Positions 33,601-46,680 of a stretch of 49,314 nucleotides of DNA are shown here, piece after piece. The notes below the pieces were generated by a model. It saw only the letters and a list, made by a program, of their open reading frames with translations, did no database searches and was not told where the DNA came from. Source of the stretch: Nemertoderma westbladi (taxonomy: Eukaryota; Animalia; Xenacoelomorpha); contig JAUCBJ010006572.1 in the NCBI GenBank assembly GCA_032718475.1, positions 1-49,314 of the forward strand, given 5' to 3'. Position 1 is the stretch's first letter. Each line of letters begins with the position of its first letter. A program made the position numbers and the translations under genes.

Positions 33601-36600
33601 TTGAAGGGCTCGAGATGATCCCAAAAGCCTGGATGGTCATCCAGTACTCCACCGGTTTCTGGTTGAGGTCTCCTTCAGGCCACCACAGAAATCGTAGGCT
33701 GTCCCGATCCCTATCCAGCGCCTTAACTTGTAAGAACATGCCTTCTATATCGGAGGCGAAAGCGATCAAATATTGTCGTAATCTTAAGAGTATTCCCAAC
33801 AAGGATTGGAGTAAGTTGGGTCCCGCAACAACTCGGAGTTAAGGGATTGGCCCATGTAGAGGGCGGAGCCGTCAAATACTACCCGGACTTCGTTGGGTTT
33901 ACCGGGTTTGGGAACGTAATGATGTGTTAAATAGTACGTTCTCTCAGTTATAGGTGTTTCTTCCGGTACTCGCTCCGCATATCCCTTGTCAATGAATTTC
34001 TTCAGCTGGGTCTTGTACATCTCCTTAGCTGAAGCATTTGCCGTAAGGCGTCGATGTAGTTGCGCAATTCTCTTCTCCGCCAAGGGTCGGTTGTTTATAA
34101 AATTGGGTTCTCGCCGTCGGAAAGGCAGACCAATCTCATACCTACCTTGATCTTTAAGAAAATGTGTAGTCGTTTCCTGTATCTGCTTGGCTCTTTCTTC
34201 TTCTACCGATAGGGCCTTATCGTAGGAATTGGGCTCTACAGCCTCTTGAGTAAAGAATCGTACGGCGTGTTCATCGCGAGTCTTCGCGTTGTAACGATCT
34301 ATCACTTCATTCAGTTCGTCGTTGTAATCGACTTGTCCCGCTGGATGGATGAGGTGACACAGGTTCACTTGGTTTTGCCAAGTTTCATTTTCCGTAAGGA
34401 GGTTGATCGTATTCTCCTCGTCGAATAGTTGATGAATATCGTCATTATCTGAGGAGTATGGTGTTCCCTCAGGTGTGTCGTCTCCCTCACTGATTTCCCC
34501 TTCCCATTCACTCACCTGGTAGACTTGCTCTTTAGGTAGCCTTTCCATGAGAGTCCTACGGGAAGGTCCAGTAAAGTACCAACCTACTCTAGTTCTTCCC
34601 GCATAGGTTTGCAGTGGTTGCGGTTGAGCAGGCCGTTTCTCTAATGTCTCAAGCGCCTCATGCGCATTTTGGCCGATGAGTATTTGTACCCCTGGGTAGT
34701 CGGTGTTGAATCTAGGTATCTCATGCTGCTGGGTGAAATCGTCTTCATCCCAGTTATAAGGTTCCACTTGGCTGGTAGCGAAGTTCTTTATCGCCACCAT
34801 TTTTACTGACCTTATACTGTGTTCTCCTAGTTCATCCTGGGGGGTGGACAACGCGCCTACATAGTAGTCTGTAGCTACTGTAGATTTCCAAACCTGCATA
34901 ATTCCTGAAAGGTTCAACTTAGTTCGGAACTTGGGTTGTCCAGCAAAGATGTCTTCGGCTAGTTCTTTGTCGATGAATGTTCCTGTGCTGCCGGAGTCAA
35001 GGAGGGCGTTCACTATATAGCTCTTTTTTAACCCATGGACTCTCAACTGCACTACGGGAAATTCTCGAATTCCTACGTTGGAAGTTGGCACTTTCCAAGA
35101 TGGTTGTTGGTCAGGAATAGTTAGGGGGAGCTCACTATCGGTTTCAGTCTCATACGTAAGTGCTCGATACACTGCGGTGTTTATTAGATAACAGGATTCG
35201 TTTTCGTCGGAGAATTCTTCCGTGTAGAATCCTTCCATCTCAGAACTGTGGTCAGTGTCGTTCACATCACTGAATTGGACATGTAGTTCGGACTCACTTA
35301 CCTGACTCGGGCTGTTTCTTTCGAATTCGGTGTGCAATAAGATATGATGTTTCGCGCCGCACTTAGCACACCTTGCGTCGGAGTAACAGGTTCGCCGTTG
35401 GTGTCCTTGTCTGAGACAATTATAACACAACCGCTTATCCCACATGACTTCGCATCTATCTTTTAGGGATTTCTTTAAGAATTCCTCACACACACTTAAA
35501 CGGTGGGGCCCGTCGCACAACGCACATTTTGGTTTGATGTTACTTACTTTACCTTGGGTAGTGTTGTGCACACTCGTTCTTTCCTCGGGCTTTCTTCCAT
35601 GAACTCTCTTAGGAGACGTAGGAGTTTTTGTTACCTGTTCTCTCCTGTCACTGTTTCGAGACTTAGATTTACTTACGTCTTTAGGTGCCTTGTTGACATA
35701 GTAAGATCTTTTGGGGTCTTTCCCGCTGTTCTCCTCTTGAGAGGTTTGGCTTTCGCCGTCATCTGTATAACACACTGGGGTGACCTTTCTCCTAGAAACG
35801 GGTTTTTCAATTACCTTATTTTCCGGTGTCTTCTCTCGGGACTGCTTTAGGAGCTGTAATCTTACCTCTCCATTTAAGAATGACATGAGATCAGCCATGG
35901 TAGGGTCTCTTTGTTGCTGATCCATCATATAGAGCACTTTCTTGTCCCAGCGAGTACCTACTCCACCCTTTGGCAAAGTAGATGCTATGGCTCCAATAAC
36001 CATGGAACTCTGATATTCATGAGACTTACCTAGCCAATCTAATTGTCTACAAATCTCCTGGATCTCATCGGAAAATTCTATAATCACGCTGCTAAGAAAC
36101 TTTCGGGGCGCTACCAATTTCGCATACAAATACCTAGCTATGTTATTCCTATTACCATACCTGATGTTTAGTGTATCCCAAACTTGTCTTAATCCATCTG
36201 GATGTCCAATAAACTTTAACGCCATTAACTTGGGAGATCCTTCCAAGCAGTCGATGAGGAATCTAAGTTTCTCTCCGTTAGATAGCACAGAGTTCTGTAT
36301 GTTATCTTTATAATATTCATTAAAAGGTAACCATTTCATCTAATCTCCATTGAACTTGACGATCTCTCCCACCTTTACCGCTTGACGGGCTTCGGTTCTA
36401 GCCATTTGACGCGTAAAACTTTCTTGGGCCATCGTATTATTTAATATCGAGTTATCGGTATATAAATTTCTCGGATTATTATCAGGTCTATATGGAATAT
36501 CATTATCAACAGGTTTATCGTTACCCTTAATGGGGTTTATTATAGGAGTTTCTACTTCGCTAGCAGTATAGATGCGTGTAGGCTCCACACCTTGCGCATG

Positions 36601-38899
36601 AAATATTTCAGACCTAACAGGTTGACACATTGTTACAGGGGGTGATGGTATACCCCTTTGTATATTTACTAATTTATCGCGTTCTAAAGCGATACTCTGC
36701 TGCACTTCTTGCAACTCTAACCTACCCTCTCTGACTGTTCCCTTTAACTGTTGAAGAGTCCCTTCCATCTCCCGGACCTGCTGAGAGGAACACAAACAGT
36801 GTTCCCTCAGCTGCCCGAGCAGGAGACCCATCTCCCGCCGTCCCTCATCCATCCACTCTACCGCCAAAGCGGGAGCCACCAACATAGTAGCGGGTAGACG
36901 AGGGACGACGGGCGATAAATCGTTAATGTCTCGCTCGGCGTCCTGGACTGGAATTGACTCTGGAACAGTCCTACTGGGTACAGGTAGTTTAGTACTGTGC
37001 AAAGGGAATTTAGAGTTAGGTTCTGGAAGTACAGGGGTCTCTCACAGAAGGGGTGGCTTCGAGAACAGGCCTAATTATTTCAGGCTCATCTACTATAGTA
37101 GGGAGTCTTTCTACCCTAATAATTTGGTCTGTGGGTTCTGTACTACCTAAGTCTGCACTAGCTAGTTGTCTTCTCACAGCTGGGGGCAAATTAGGCAATT
37201 TCTGATGGTGAGGCATTCTTCTACGTCTGCTGGAACAAGATCTATTTCCTCCGCCTTCAGGATCTGTTGTATCGCCTTCATCAGATGATGTAAATCCCTG
37301 TCTCTTGGGAGTAGATCGACTTATCATCTGCATATACTTAGCTGTTCTTTGTTTATTGAAGTAATCTTGCTTCTCTTGAAGATTGTCCAACTCTAGTTGG
37401 ACTGTCTCTTCAGATGCCCTCCGTTCTGCTGCTGCCACTGCCTCTGCCGTTTTTCTTTCCGCTTCTGCCGCTGCTACCTTTCTTTCAGCTTCTGCCTCTG
37501 CCGCTGCCGTTGCCGCTGCCGCTTTTCTTTCCGCTTCTGCCACTTTTCTTTCCGCTTCTGCTTCTGCTGCTGCCGCTGCCTCTGCCGATGCCGCTGCCGC
37601 TTCCGCTGCCGCTTTTCTTTCAGCCTCTGCCTCTGCCGCTGCTGCTTTTCTTTCAGCTTCTGCCGCTGCCGCTGCAGCTGCCGCCTTTCTTTGAACTTCT
37701 GCCGCTGCCGCTGCTGCTACCTTTCTGTCTTCTATCCGTTTTTTCTTTAATTGTTCTTCCTGTTCCCTAACGAGGAGGATGCTTTCATCAAATTTAGCCT
37801 GCTCTGTGACTAATATTTCTGCATCTAATGCGTCTAACACAAATTTGGCTCCTTCACTAGTAGGGTGAAGTCCAGCCAGCCGTCTCCTCAACTCTTTGTC
37901 ACCTATAAATCGTTGATAGTCCGACAGATAGATGTCAATAGCGTCCTTCTTCTGAGGTTTCTCCAATGTCGCTTCGCTTTCCACTTGAGAAAAGGTAGCG
38001 TCTGTTGATTCTCCGTGGGTTGAGCGCTCAGCCAGCTGAATTTTCCACTGGGCCGTTCCTTGAACCTTGAGACCCACCCGCTGGAACCAAGTCTTTACGG
38101 CAACTTGCAACGACGTGTCTTGGCTTCTTTTCGAAGCTTCCTCAAAGGCCGATAGGATTAGTCTGATTCTTAGAATTCTTTCTCGAATTTGATAAAGCAG
38201 CTCTCCCTGCTCTTGAGGTCCTTGGGGTTGTTGAAACAGTTGTTCCTCTAATCGCTCCAAAGAGCTGAAGAATCCCTGTACATATCCTGCTGCCGACTTC
38301 TTCCACACAGCTGGATCTCTAGTGTCCCTTACCACTCCCATCCTGTATAAGTCCTCCCAGGCAGCTTCCGATAAGTTAAACGGGAGTCCGGGTCCGGGGA
38401 AGTTCCATTGCGTCTCGACAATAGACTTCAGTTCTTCATTCGTGTATCCCGCATAACTATCCTTGGTCGATCGCTTACTTCTCGCCCAATCAATTTGATG
38501 TTCTTCCACCGCAATCAATACTCTAGTGAGTATGGCTTCAGGAAGAATGAGAAGTGGATCCGAATAAACTGCATCTGCCATCTTTGCTCCGCGCTCGGGT
38601 GTCAACTCTACAGTATCTGAACTACTGGAGCTATCGGGCCGCTGAGAAATAAGTTCTCGGCTCGAGTGTTGCTGCTGTTTAACAGCTGCCTCTTGGTCCC
38701 GCTTGACTTGAGCCCGAGTGCCTATGATAGACCTACGGTGCTTTACTAGCCTAGGGTCTGATACTACTACTGGAGGGATGACCTTTCTTACAGTAGGAGG
38801 GGAGTTGAACTTCGGTCTCAAACGTTCCGCACTCCTATCTGGATCACAGATTGTTGTATCTAGGAGACTGTCTGACAGGTTTTGCTTTGTATCAGCCAT
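30635..38899 (-). pseudogene. BEL/Pao gag-pol polyprotein with frameshifts (~37040, ~33810) and stops (36340-36342, 30968-30970)
   Basis: Gag knuckles, LLDSGS, RVVFDGS, RT YMDD, RNase H FGDAS and NPAD, integrase H..H..CIPC, GVDLFGP, SDKGTNF, GGSWERLI. Confidence 0.95.
37420..37725 (-). repeat. Coding low-complexity repeat (AAAEAEAERK)n in Gag
   Basis: GCA/GCG/GAA-rich units; the homologous tract is at 1-115 in copy 1. Confidence 0.9.
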
Positions 38900-39033
38900 G
38901 TTTGTTTGTACAATTGAACGCTTACTGCTAGAACTACAGTTAAAGCAAGTCTAGTAATTCAGTATCAACTATAAGCCTAGTAATTAATTACCGATATCGT
39001 TACTCAGTGTAACGTGATATATACAATATATTA

Positions 39034-39290
39034 GAATACCGGTATACACTTATAGTATATAATATAAGTATTATTACAGACTAAGGTTCGTCACAGAATA
39101 CCGGTATATAATTTCAGCGCAAATATATATAAATATATAATAAGCCTACTGTGAATACCAGTATACAGTTCCACTTATAGTATATATAAGTATAATTATA
39201 GACTAGAATTAATTACAGTATACCGGTACATAATTTCAGCTTAAATTTATAGAGATAAATATAATAAGCCTATCGTAAATACCAGTATGT
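39034..39290. repeat. ~125-bp tandem duplication in the BEL 5' leader
   Basis: The CACTTATAGTATAT...TAATTTCAGC...ATAATAAGCCTA...AATACCAGTAT block occurs twice. Confidence 0.75.
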
Positions 39291-40888
39291 CAATTATTTT
39301 ATAATAACTGAATTTCTGAATTTTAGGGTTACTTTACGTTACTTTATTACCGTTATTTAAGCAGTAGTCCAACTGATATTAAGACCTAATTGATGGATGA
39401 CAGGCCTACTATTTTATAAATTGGCTTGAGTTGATTTATAATATATATATACCCGTTTAATGGGTTTTTGTTACAATATTTGAAATAAATGTTATTATTT
39501 CTAGGTAAGGAGTCACTTCACAGAAGCTGAACGCTCTCAGTGGAGTGCTACTTATTGGACACTAAAACAAATAATTCTAATTTACTAAGTTACTTATTAC
39601 TACAAATTACGTACAATTACTGTGTGAGATTACAATCTCTAAATAAACACAAAAGTTACACGTACAAATTTTTAGGGGTAATTTTACAGGAAATCTACAA
39701 ACCAGCCTAACAAGGGGTTAGAATTTCTGGTTCTTACAAACGGACAGGAAACTACGGTATTTGAAAATAATAAAGCAGTAGTAAATATATTGCGTTGTCT
39801 AGATAAGAAATTACCACCGTCTGACGACTTATAGTCTCTAGCTTTACAGCTCTATAAGTACTACGTTATGTACCCGGAATGTCCCTACCTAGAAGTTAAT
39901 TACCGCAGCCAACCATAGCTAACGTGCCTATTAACCACTTTACAACACAAATATACTGCCTACACACTAATTACCTTCGGAAAGCACTGTACACTAAACC
40001 CTAAATTAGGTACAAGTACTTATAGAACAAATAACCAGCAGTTAAAAATACTTGTACAGCTAAAAGAACCACAGTATCTGCTGGAGTGACTAGAGCATAA
40101 AATCACCAGTCTTTACCTACGCCAAACAGCCCTGATGTAGTACCGGGGTTAATTTAACTATAACGGTATGTATAACAAGCACAATTACTGTAGGAATAAA
40201 CTTGGGGTTGTGTATGTTGCGAATAATCGCATAAACTCTGAACAATAAATATTACGCTACCCGTACAGACTACACAAACAAAATACAGACCAAATGCTGG
40301 CAGACTACTATCAAGCCTAAATAAACTACAGTATATGCAGACTCCGAAATGGTTAGTTAGTATGCGTTCTAACTGAGTAGTACGACTTATTCTTTCGGGG
40401 GGGATTTACCTTACAGCACTGGATGCCCCCACGTTCCTAACTAGTACTTTATCGGACATACACTCTACACACACTGCAATCTCTTCGGACCTGACAACAG
40501 CCAGACAACAATCCAGCCTACAAATTACTTGTACAATCTGAGCAGGCTTACATGCTTTCTGCTCAATATTAACTTACAGATAAATAAAACTGACAGAAAT
40601 AAGTAAAATCCTAATAAAAAACCAGGGCTGCAGTCCCTGATTAAATATCAAGACCTACCGGTATATAATTATAAAAATCGAATAATACTGCTGTTCCTGT
40701 ACTGCTGTAAGTACCGGTTCGGGCAGTTGGGCAGTTAGGCCTACAGCTTACCGTTCGACCGGTACCTTCGACTTTATTGCCTACGTTGCAATAAAGAAAC
40801 TAAAATAACTGTTATTGTTCTTACCAGAACAATAGTAAACTGTATTTATTGTCTACTGTGCAATAAAGGAAAAATCAATAACTGTTAT

Positions 40889-42066
40889 TGTTCGCGCTTT
40901 TAGACCTTTAGCAGTTTAACCCACCAATTTTAGGTGTCTTCTAGTTTATAAATCGACTTTAGCCTATAACAAGTATTTGTTGCATATAAAGTTACATTAG
41001 CCGAAGCCAGCCTATGTGCGACCATTCACCCACAGTTAAGGGAGACTGGATTCGGAGGCTTTGACCTTATTGCGGTGTAGACTTACTGTATTATTCGATT
41101 GCTCGTTACTATAATATCTCTAACAAATATTATTTACTTTCGGGAAATATTAACAGTTCCTTTAGGACGTGGCGCTCTAAATATGTAAACAGAGTTATGA
41201 CTTACACTAAACACAACGGGATGGCTAATGATTTTCGTATAAAGCGCATTCTTTAGGAAATGCTTTGTTATCGGTCACACTCCTGCACACTACCGCACAC
41301 TGCTGCACACTGATCTGCCGACCTTCACTAAACTTGATCATATATAAGGAGAATAGCAACTGACACATGTAGGGATTATGAAATAGCATTCAATTCACTC
41401 CAAAACCACTATAATGTAAGTCGCAGTTGCTACAGGTAACTGGTCCCTCTTACCTTCAGTATATCAAGAAGATTGGGGTTTTATGATTATTTATCGATGT
41501 TCTCCAAATATAACAACATATCCACCAACTTATAACAATTAATAACCGACAGTAAACAGATATGTATGGTTCGTGTGTACTGTGTACTGAGTCTGCGTAA
41601 CTTGTGTGGTTTGATAACAGTTATACGTTCCTATAATCAAAGCCGTCGAATGTTTGGCTAAAGTCTGAAACTCAGAATAATTCCAAAGCCGATGTTCTGG
41701 GGCTCAGGAAAAGGTAAACAAAGACCGTCATGCATTGCGCGATTTCCCGTAGGCTTCTGTGGAAATAAAATGAAAATCACTCTGATTGGTCGAGTGAGCT
41801 GAACAAAGAGAGTTAAGAAAGCTCCACATCGACATCAAAATCAGCTGATAGATTTCGTCATCTGAACCACACTGTATTAAGAGTATTTTGGCGTATTGCG
41901 GCATAAAATGGCTTGTTATGTCCGCTAAAGTACACATACAGAAAAATGGCTTTTTTGTCCTCTAAAACACCTACACAGTAAGAAAAACGGCTTTTTATGT
42001 CCGCTAAAACACCTACACAGTACTTTGCGGGGAAAATGACTAGTTATATCCGCAAAAGCCTTTACA
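40889..42066 (-). repeat. 5' LTR of copy 2 (1178 bp)
   Basis: Near-identical to 26101-27280; CCAAT-like box and ~40-bp U3 repeats. Confidence 0.97.
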
Positions 42067-42506
42067 ACTTTACACAGTGTTCTGATCCTCGTGGCTTTAT
42101 TTTCACTCACTCACTAACGTTCGTTCGTGTAACAAAGCGACTCGGATTATCACACTGTAAAGTGCTACTTTAGACACAACACAAGTATGTAAATAGTTAT
42201 TATGTCATTTTTACATTTATTTATACAGCAACTAATATAATTTGTGCAGTTTCTATCACTTACATTTCGTAATGTTGACATTTTGGAATAGAACTACATA
42301 GATACTTGTTGCAAAGTTCTGATCCTCGTGGCTTTATTTTCACTCTCTCACTAACGTCCGTTCGTGTAACAAAGCCACTCGGATTATCACACTGTAAAGT
42401 GCTACTTTACACACAACACAAGTATGTAAATAGTTATTATGTCATTTTTACATTTATTTATACAGCAACTAATATAATTTGTGCAGTTTCTATCACTTAT
42501 AATGTA
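42067..42506. repeat. ~268-bp tandem repeat, right part
   Basis: Continues ACTTTACACAGTGTTCTGATCCTCGTGG exactly as at 25827-25855; the last unit carries small deletions. Confidence 0.92.
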
Positions 42507-43200
42507 CCGGTACGTGGTATTATTCTGCATGGGTGTAAAATGTGAAGTGAAATATAACAGCATAAATCTGGTGTACTTTACAATTCACATGATGGGCCGG
42601 GCTGTTAAATTCGTCTATGGTCTCACCAAGCAAGAACATAGGCTCTTTTCCCAACATATTATATTTAATATCTTGTGATGATGGAGCATTGGTATCCAAT
42701 GAGAAGGATTCAAATAATGTTTTAAAAGACTTGTTATTGGATGTGTTGAGTAAGATATCCCTTCCCAGGATTGTGCGACATTCTGAGACTGTTTATCATA
42801 TTTGCCAAATATGCATGCCAATTTTGGCATGTACCAAAAAATGGCACAACGACACAACTCTGCCAACTCCCAACAGCCCAAATAATTCAGAACACTTGAA
42901 AACCCGTATTGGTGAAAAATTGTTTTCAAAACATGAACACTTTCCCAATTAAATAATTTTGACCACAAAACATGCTTTCTGACCCAAGGTCTAACTGTCA
43001 GACTGTGAGCTGTGGTCATGGTCAAACTGTGTCACTGTGGTTTGGTAGGTATGCATAAGAATGCAACTGCAACATAGTTAATGCAAATGTCGACTAGTCA
43101 TTTGTTAGGTCCGCGTAGCGAGACCTCTAGTATTCATTCCGTTGTTGTTGTTGTTGTTGTTGTTAATTTTCTCATTACGTTTTGGTATTAGGATTGATAC

Positions 43201-43275
43201 GGCCCCAGTAGTGGCTCAGTTGGCAGAGAGTGGGATTTAGAATCTGTAGGTACTGAGTTCAATCCCCCATTCCGA
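43201..43275 (+). other. tRNA-like head (SINE or tRNA pseudogene)
   Basis: A box TGGCTCAGTTGG and B box GAGTTCAATCC; no pairing acceptor stem. Confidence 0.55.
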
Positions 43276-43494
43276 TGAATGTTTTTTGTTGTAAGATTGG
43301 TAGTAATAGTAAGCTAATCAAGGAGACAGTTCATGCGTCAGTAGACGCGGACCTTTGCGCGATTTCGCGCTTGTTTGAATTGAATTCACCATAGAAATAG
43401 GTTTGAATTGATTTCATCATAGAAATATATTTAATAAAGCATGCCAGGAGGCATGGGTGTAAAAGTAGGTCTACAGTACAACAATACTTGTACA

Positions 43495-46400
43495 CTCAGA
43501 GATTTGGTGTCCTCAGCAGTTAGAGCCCAGCATGGACTCCCATAGAGGAGTACTGCAACTACTGCTGCTCTAAATAATCGGACCTTAAGTTTCAGTTTAA
43601 TTATCGGTGACTTCCAAATCCTGAAAAGCCTATTCAAGGCTGCCCATGCCTTGCCCTTACGTATTCGAAGGTCCTCACCTGACTTCCGGATCCACGATCC
43701 CAGGTAACAGAAGTCGTCCACATGCTCAAGCATACCATCCTTTGAGCTTATGCTCATCCGATCAGAGACTTGCTGAGGACTTTCAAAGTTAACTGTCAAA
43801 ATTTTGGTCTTTCTGGAGTTAATAAAAAGACCAACACTAGAAGCAGCATGTTCTAATGAGCTGAGGAGCCGTTGGGCTCCCTCTAGTGATTCTGAGAGTA
43901 CTCCTAAGTCATCAGCAAAGTCTAGATCAGTGAGGTACTTGGATGGATTTCCTCGACTTCTGGAGCCAGTAGGTGGAGTTATCATCACCCCATCATCATT
44001 ATGATGATCTAAGGACATGCCATGTCACCGTCAACAGTAGACACAAATGTTGTCGAACCATCGTATACTGATCTGATTGCTGCAATAATTTCATCAGGAA
44101 TCCCATATAATGAAAGTATGCTGAACATGCGTGAGCGAGAGACTGAATCAAAGGCCTTGAAGAAGTCAACAAAGATAACAGCCAGATGCCTGTCTTTCTT
44201 TTTTTGATAACTCTTCAATTATCCGTCTAAGTGCCAAAATGGGCTCCATGGTCCCACGACCTTTACGGAACCCATTCTGATTTCCACGGAGCAGTCTCTC
44301 AATGGGATCCCTGATGCGATTTAATAGAATTCTATTGTATAGCTTTGCAGCAATCGAGATCAATGAGATTCCCCGAAAAGAACCATAGAGTGTTAGGTTG
44401 CCCTTCTTGGGAACTGGCACCAACTTATTTGTTTTCATTTCTTGTGGGACTCTTGTTGTTCGGTACATGTCTACTATGATGGGATAGATGAGCTTTAATC
44501 ACTCAGGTATTTTAAAGACCTCAGGGAATCACCATCTACTCCACTGGCATGATTGGTCTTAATGCTCTTTGCAGCAGCCTTCACTTCTGCAAAGGAGATA
44601 TCGCCAATGGGAATATCTGGGAGTACAGACTCAGACACTTTTACTTCTATAAAGTTATCAGGCAATGCCCTGTCATTATTGAGGAGCTTTTCAAAGTGGG
44701 CCTTCCAACCATTGAGGCGATCGGCTGGTGATTCAGCCTTAACCTTGGTGGTTGGTTGGCTTTTCCGACCAGTAAGCAAGTTGATCGATTTCCATGCCTG
44801 GGATGATTGCCTGCTGTCGTCAGCATCATTGATGGCATCAACCTGTTGGTTTATTAGCTCCTGTAGATTAACAGAGTACTGCCTATTCAGGGACCTAGAT
44901 GCAGCCTTAACTGCATTCTTGGCCGCTGTAGTCTGTTTGAGTCGGGACTATTTCTGCGCCTTATAAAGGTCATTTCGGCACTTCTGAATTTTGTTGTCAG
45001 TCCAGGGGGCCCTTTTCCTGTTTCGAGGGTATACAGGAACTGTATCTGCAGCTGCTAACTTAACTGCTTCTGTTAAGGCAGTATAGCCCTCACAGTGATC
45101 TGCCGCCTCAGAGGCAAGAACCTCATACCTGTTGCTCAGCTGTAGTGTGAAGCTGGATCTCACACTTGGCTGTTGCAACAGAGAGGACCAGTCATGCCGC
45201 AGCAAGGCAGATTTCGTTGTTCTGCTAGCACGCAGACTAAGTCTTACCTTGGCCACAATAAGGCGGTGATCAGAATATGGTCTATCTGGGACTTGTGACC
45301 ACTGGGTCCACTATGAGTCCATAGCTTTCCAGTTCGCTTCTTGAACTGGGTTCCAGCCGAAAACAATCCATTTCCAGAGATAAAATCCTGAAGATCGGCG
45401 GAATTTCGGTTAACACTATTGCTATAGACCCAGGGCTATGTAGGTGATTGATGTAGACTTGCATTAAAGTCTCCCAGGAATGTTAATAATGCATGCTGAT
45501 CCACTCCATCAGTAGCTGCTTGAAGATTATGGTAGAAATTTTCCACCTCCTCTACAGGGGCAACACTAGTTGGAGAGTAGCACACAATCAGAACCATCTT
45601 AGGAAACTTCTTAGCCAGTCTTCCAGAACATGATAAATGACAACGGATGATGTGGTTAGAGATTTGGTCTATTTTGTCCAATGTTGCATGTGCAGTTGGA
45701 ATCATCAATAGACCAATTCCAACATTGCCACTATCATCTGCTGAAGCGAGGGCGAGTCGCCAACCGCCCCCCATGTCCTTAATCAGAACCTCATCAGTCT
45801 GTCCAGTCTGCATTCGGTGCTCTTGAACACCCACTGCACTAAGAGAAAGCTTATCTGCCAAGGCAGTCAGCTCACCTTGTCGCATTGGGGACCCGAGTGT
45901 TAGGGTGTTTACTGAGGCTAGTCTAGTGACTTGCCTCAGATTCACCAATGGCTTTATTGGTCGGGATGGAACATGAGAGTAGCCTCCAACTCCAGAATCC
46001 CTCTCCCCCTCACAATCTGGCCTCCCTGGTAACCCAGGGTTTGGGCCAGAAAGGTCATCAGGAAAGGGACTCAAACAATTGTTGGCTGCTCTCTCTCCAG
46101 TAGGGGGTGAGACAGGCAGCCGGTCAGGAGATAACTGACGCCTGTGAGGCCGATTGTGTCCGGTAATTCCACTGGCCTCTAGTGGCCGGACCTCCGCATT
46201 ACTAATGTAATCCATAGTGGGGGTTGGGGGGTCTTTTTTGCCGAGTCAGCTCTCGGGGCAAATACCACACCCTGGTTTGCCATTCCACAGGGTGGGTGTC
46301 GCAGTGGAGTCAGATATGAGGCCCATCACCCATATCTACTCTGGCGCACATGACCCACCATTGGCTGTGCAGCTCATCTGCTGGGTCATGCCCTGTACCC

Positions 46401-46680
46401 TTGCTGCCAGGTGCAGGTCGCAGTGAAGTGCTCTCAGAGTGGACATGAGAACACTCTACTCCTGACCAGCCATTGGTAGATCACCATCTGCCTAGGCCAG
46501 GCCATATACCCCTGCAGCCAAGTATATGGGTCCTTAATCCAGGACCAAGGGCGTCCTTATCCCAGAACGAAGGGGGTCCTAGTTACAGGACCAGATTTGC
46601 CCTAGTAAGAGGGTCTATACAGCTACAGGTGGCACCTCCTTTATGCTGCATGGAGGTGGCAAGTTTTCCTGATCATTGAC
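43495..46680 (-). mobile_element. Decayed RTE-type LINE (APE endonuclease + RT), 3' end missing
   Basis: APE motifs GVQEHR, CYSPT, LGDFNA, SDHRL; RT motifs FRGISL, QNGFR, FVDFFKAFDS, FADD, YLGS across frameshifted ORFs; GC-rich 5' leader. Confidence 0.9.

Larger units (their letters stand above)
26101..42066 (-). mobile_element. BEL/Pao LTR retrotransposon, copy 2, structurally complete (~16 kb), coding-defective
   Basis: Paired LTRs with TG...CA ends; 5-bp TSD ACTTT at 26096-26100 and 42067-42071; domain order Gag-PR-RT-RH-IN. Confidence 0.97.

Noticed and set aside
36340-36342. Programmed stop read-through or frameshifting in gag-pol
   Set aside because: This TAG is GAG in copy 1 and the copy 1 stop is GAA in copy 2, so the interruptions are copy-specific decay.
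37383-37770. Poly-Ala/Ser, Cys-Arg and Leu-Pro ORFs on the + strand
   Set aside because: Antisense readings of the Gag alanine-rich repeat.
42615-43025. Overlapping ORFs of 111 and 136 aa as upstream eya exons or a gene
   Set aside because: No recognisable motif or Eya-like composition and no clear splice signals.
43201-43275. Functional tRNA gene
   Set aside because: A and B boxes are present but acceptor and anticodon stems do not pair convincingly; kept only as a SINE-like head.
46560-46680. HDV-like ribozyme at the 5' end of the RTE element
   Set aside because: Hairpins exist (CACCTCC/GGAGGTG, CCCT/AGGG on the - strand) but I could not build the nested P1-P2-P3-P1.1 topology by eye; needs a descriptor search.
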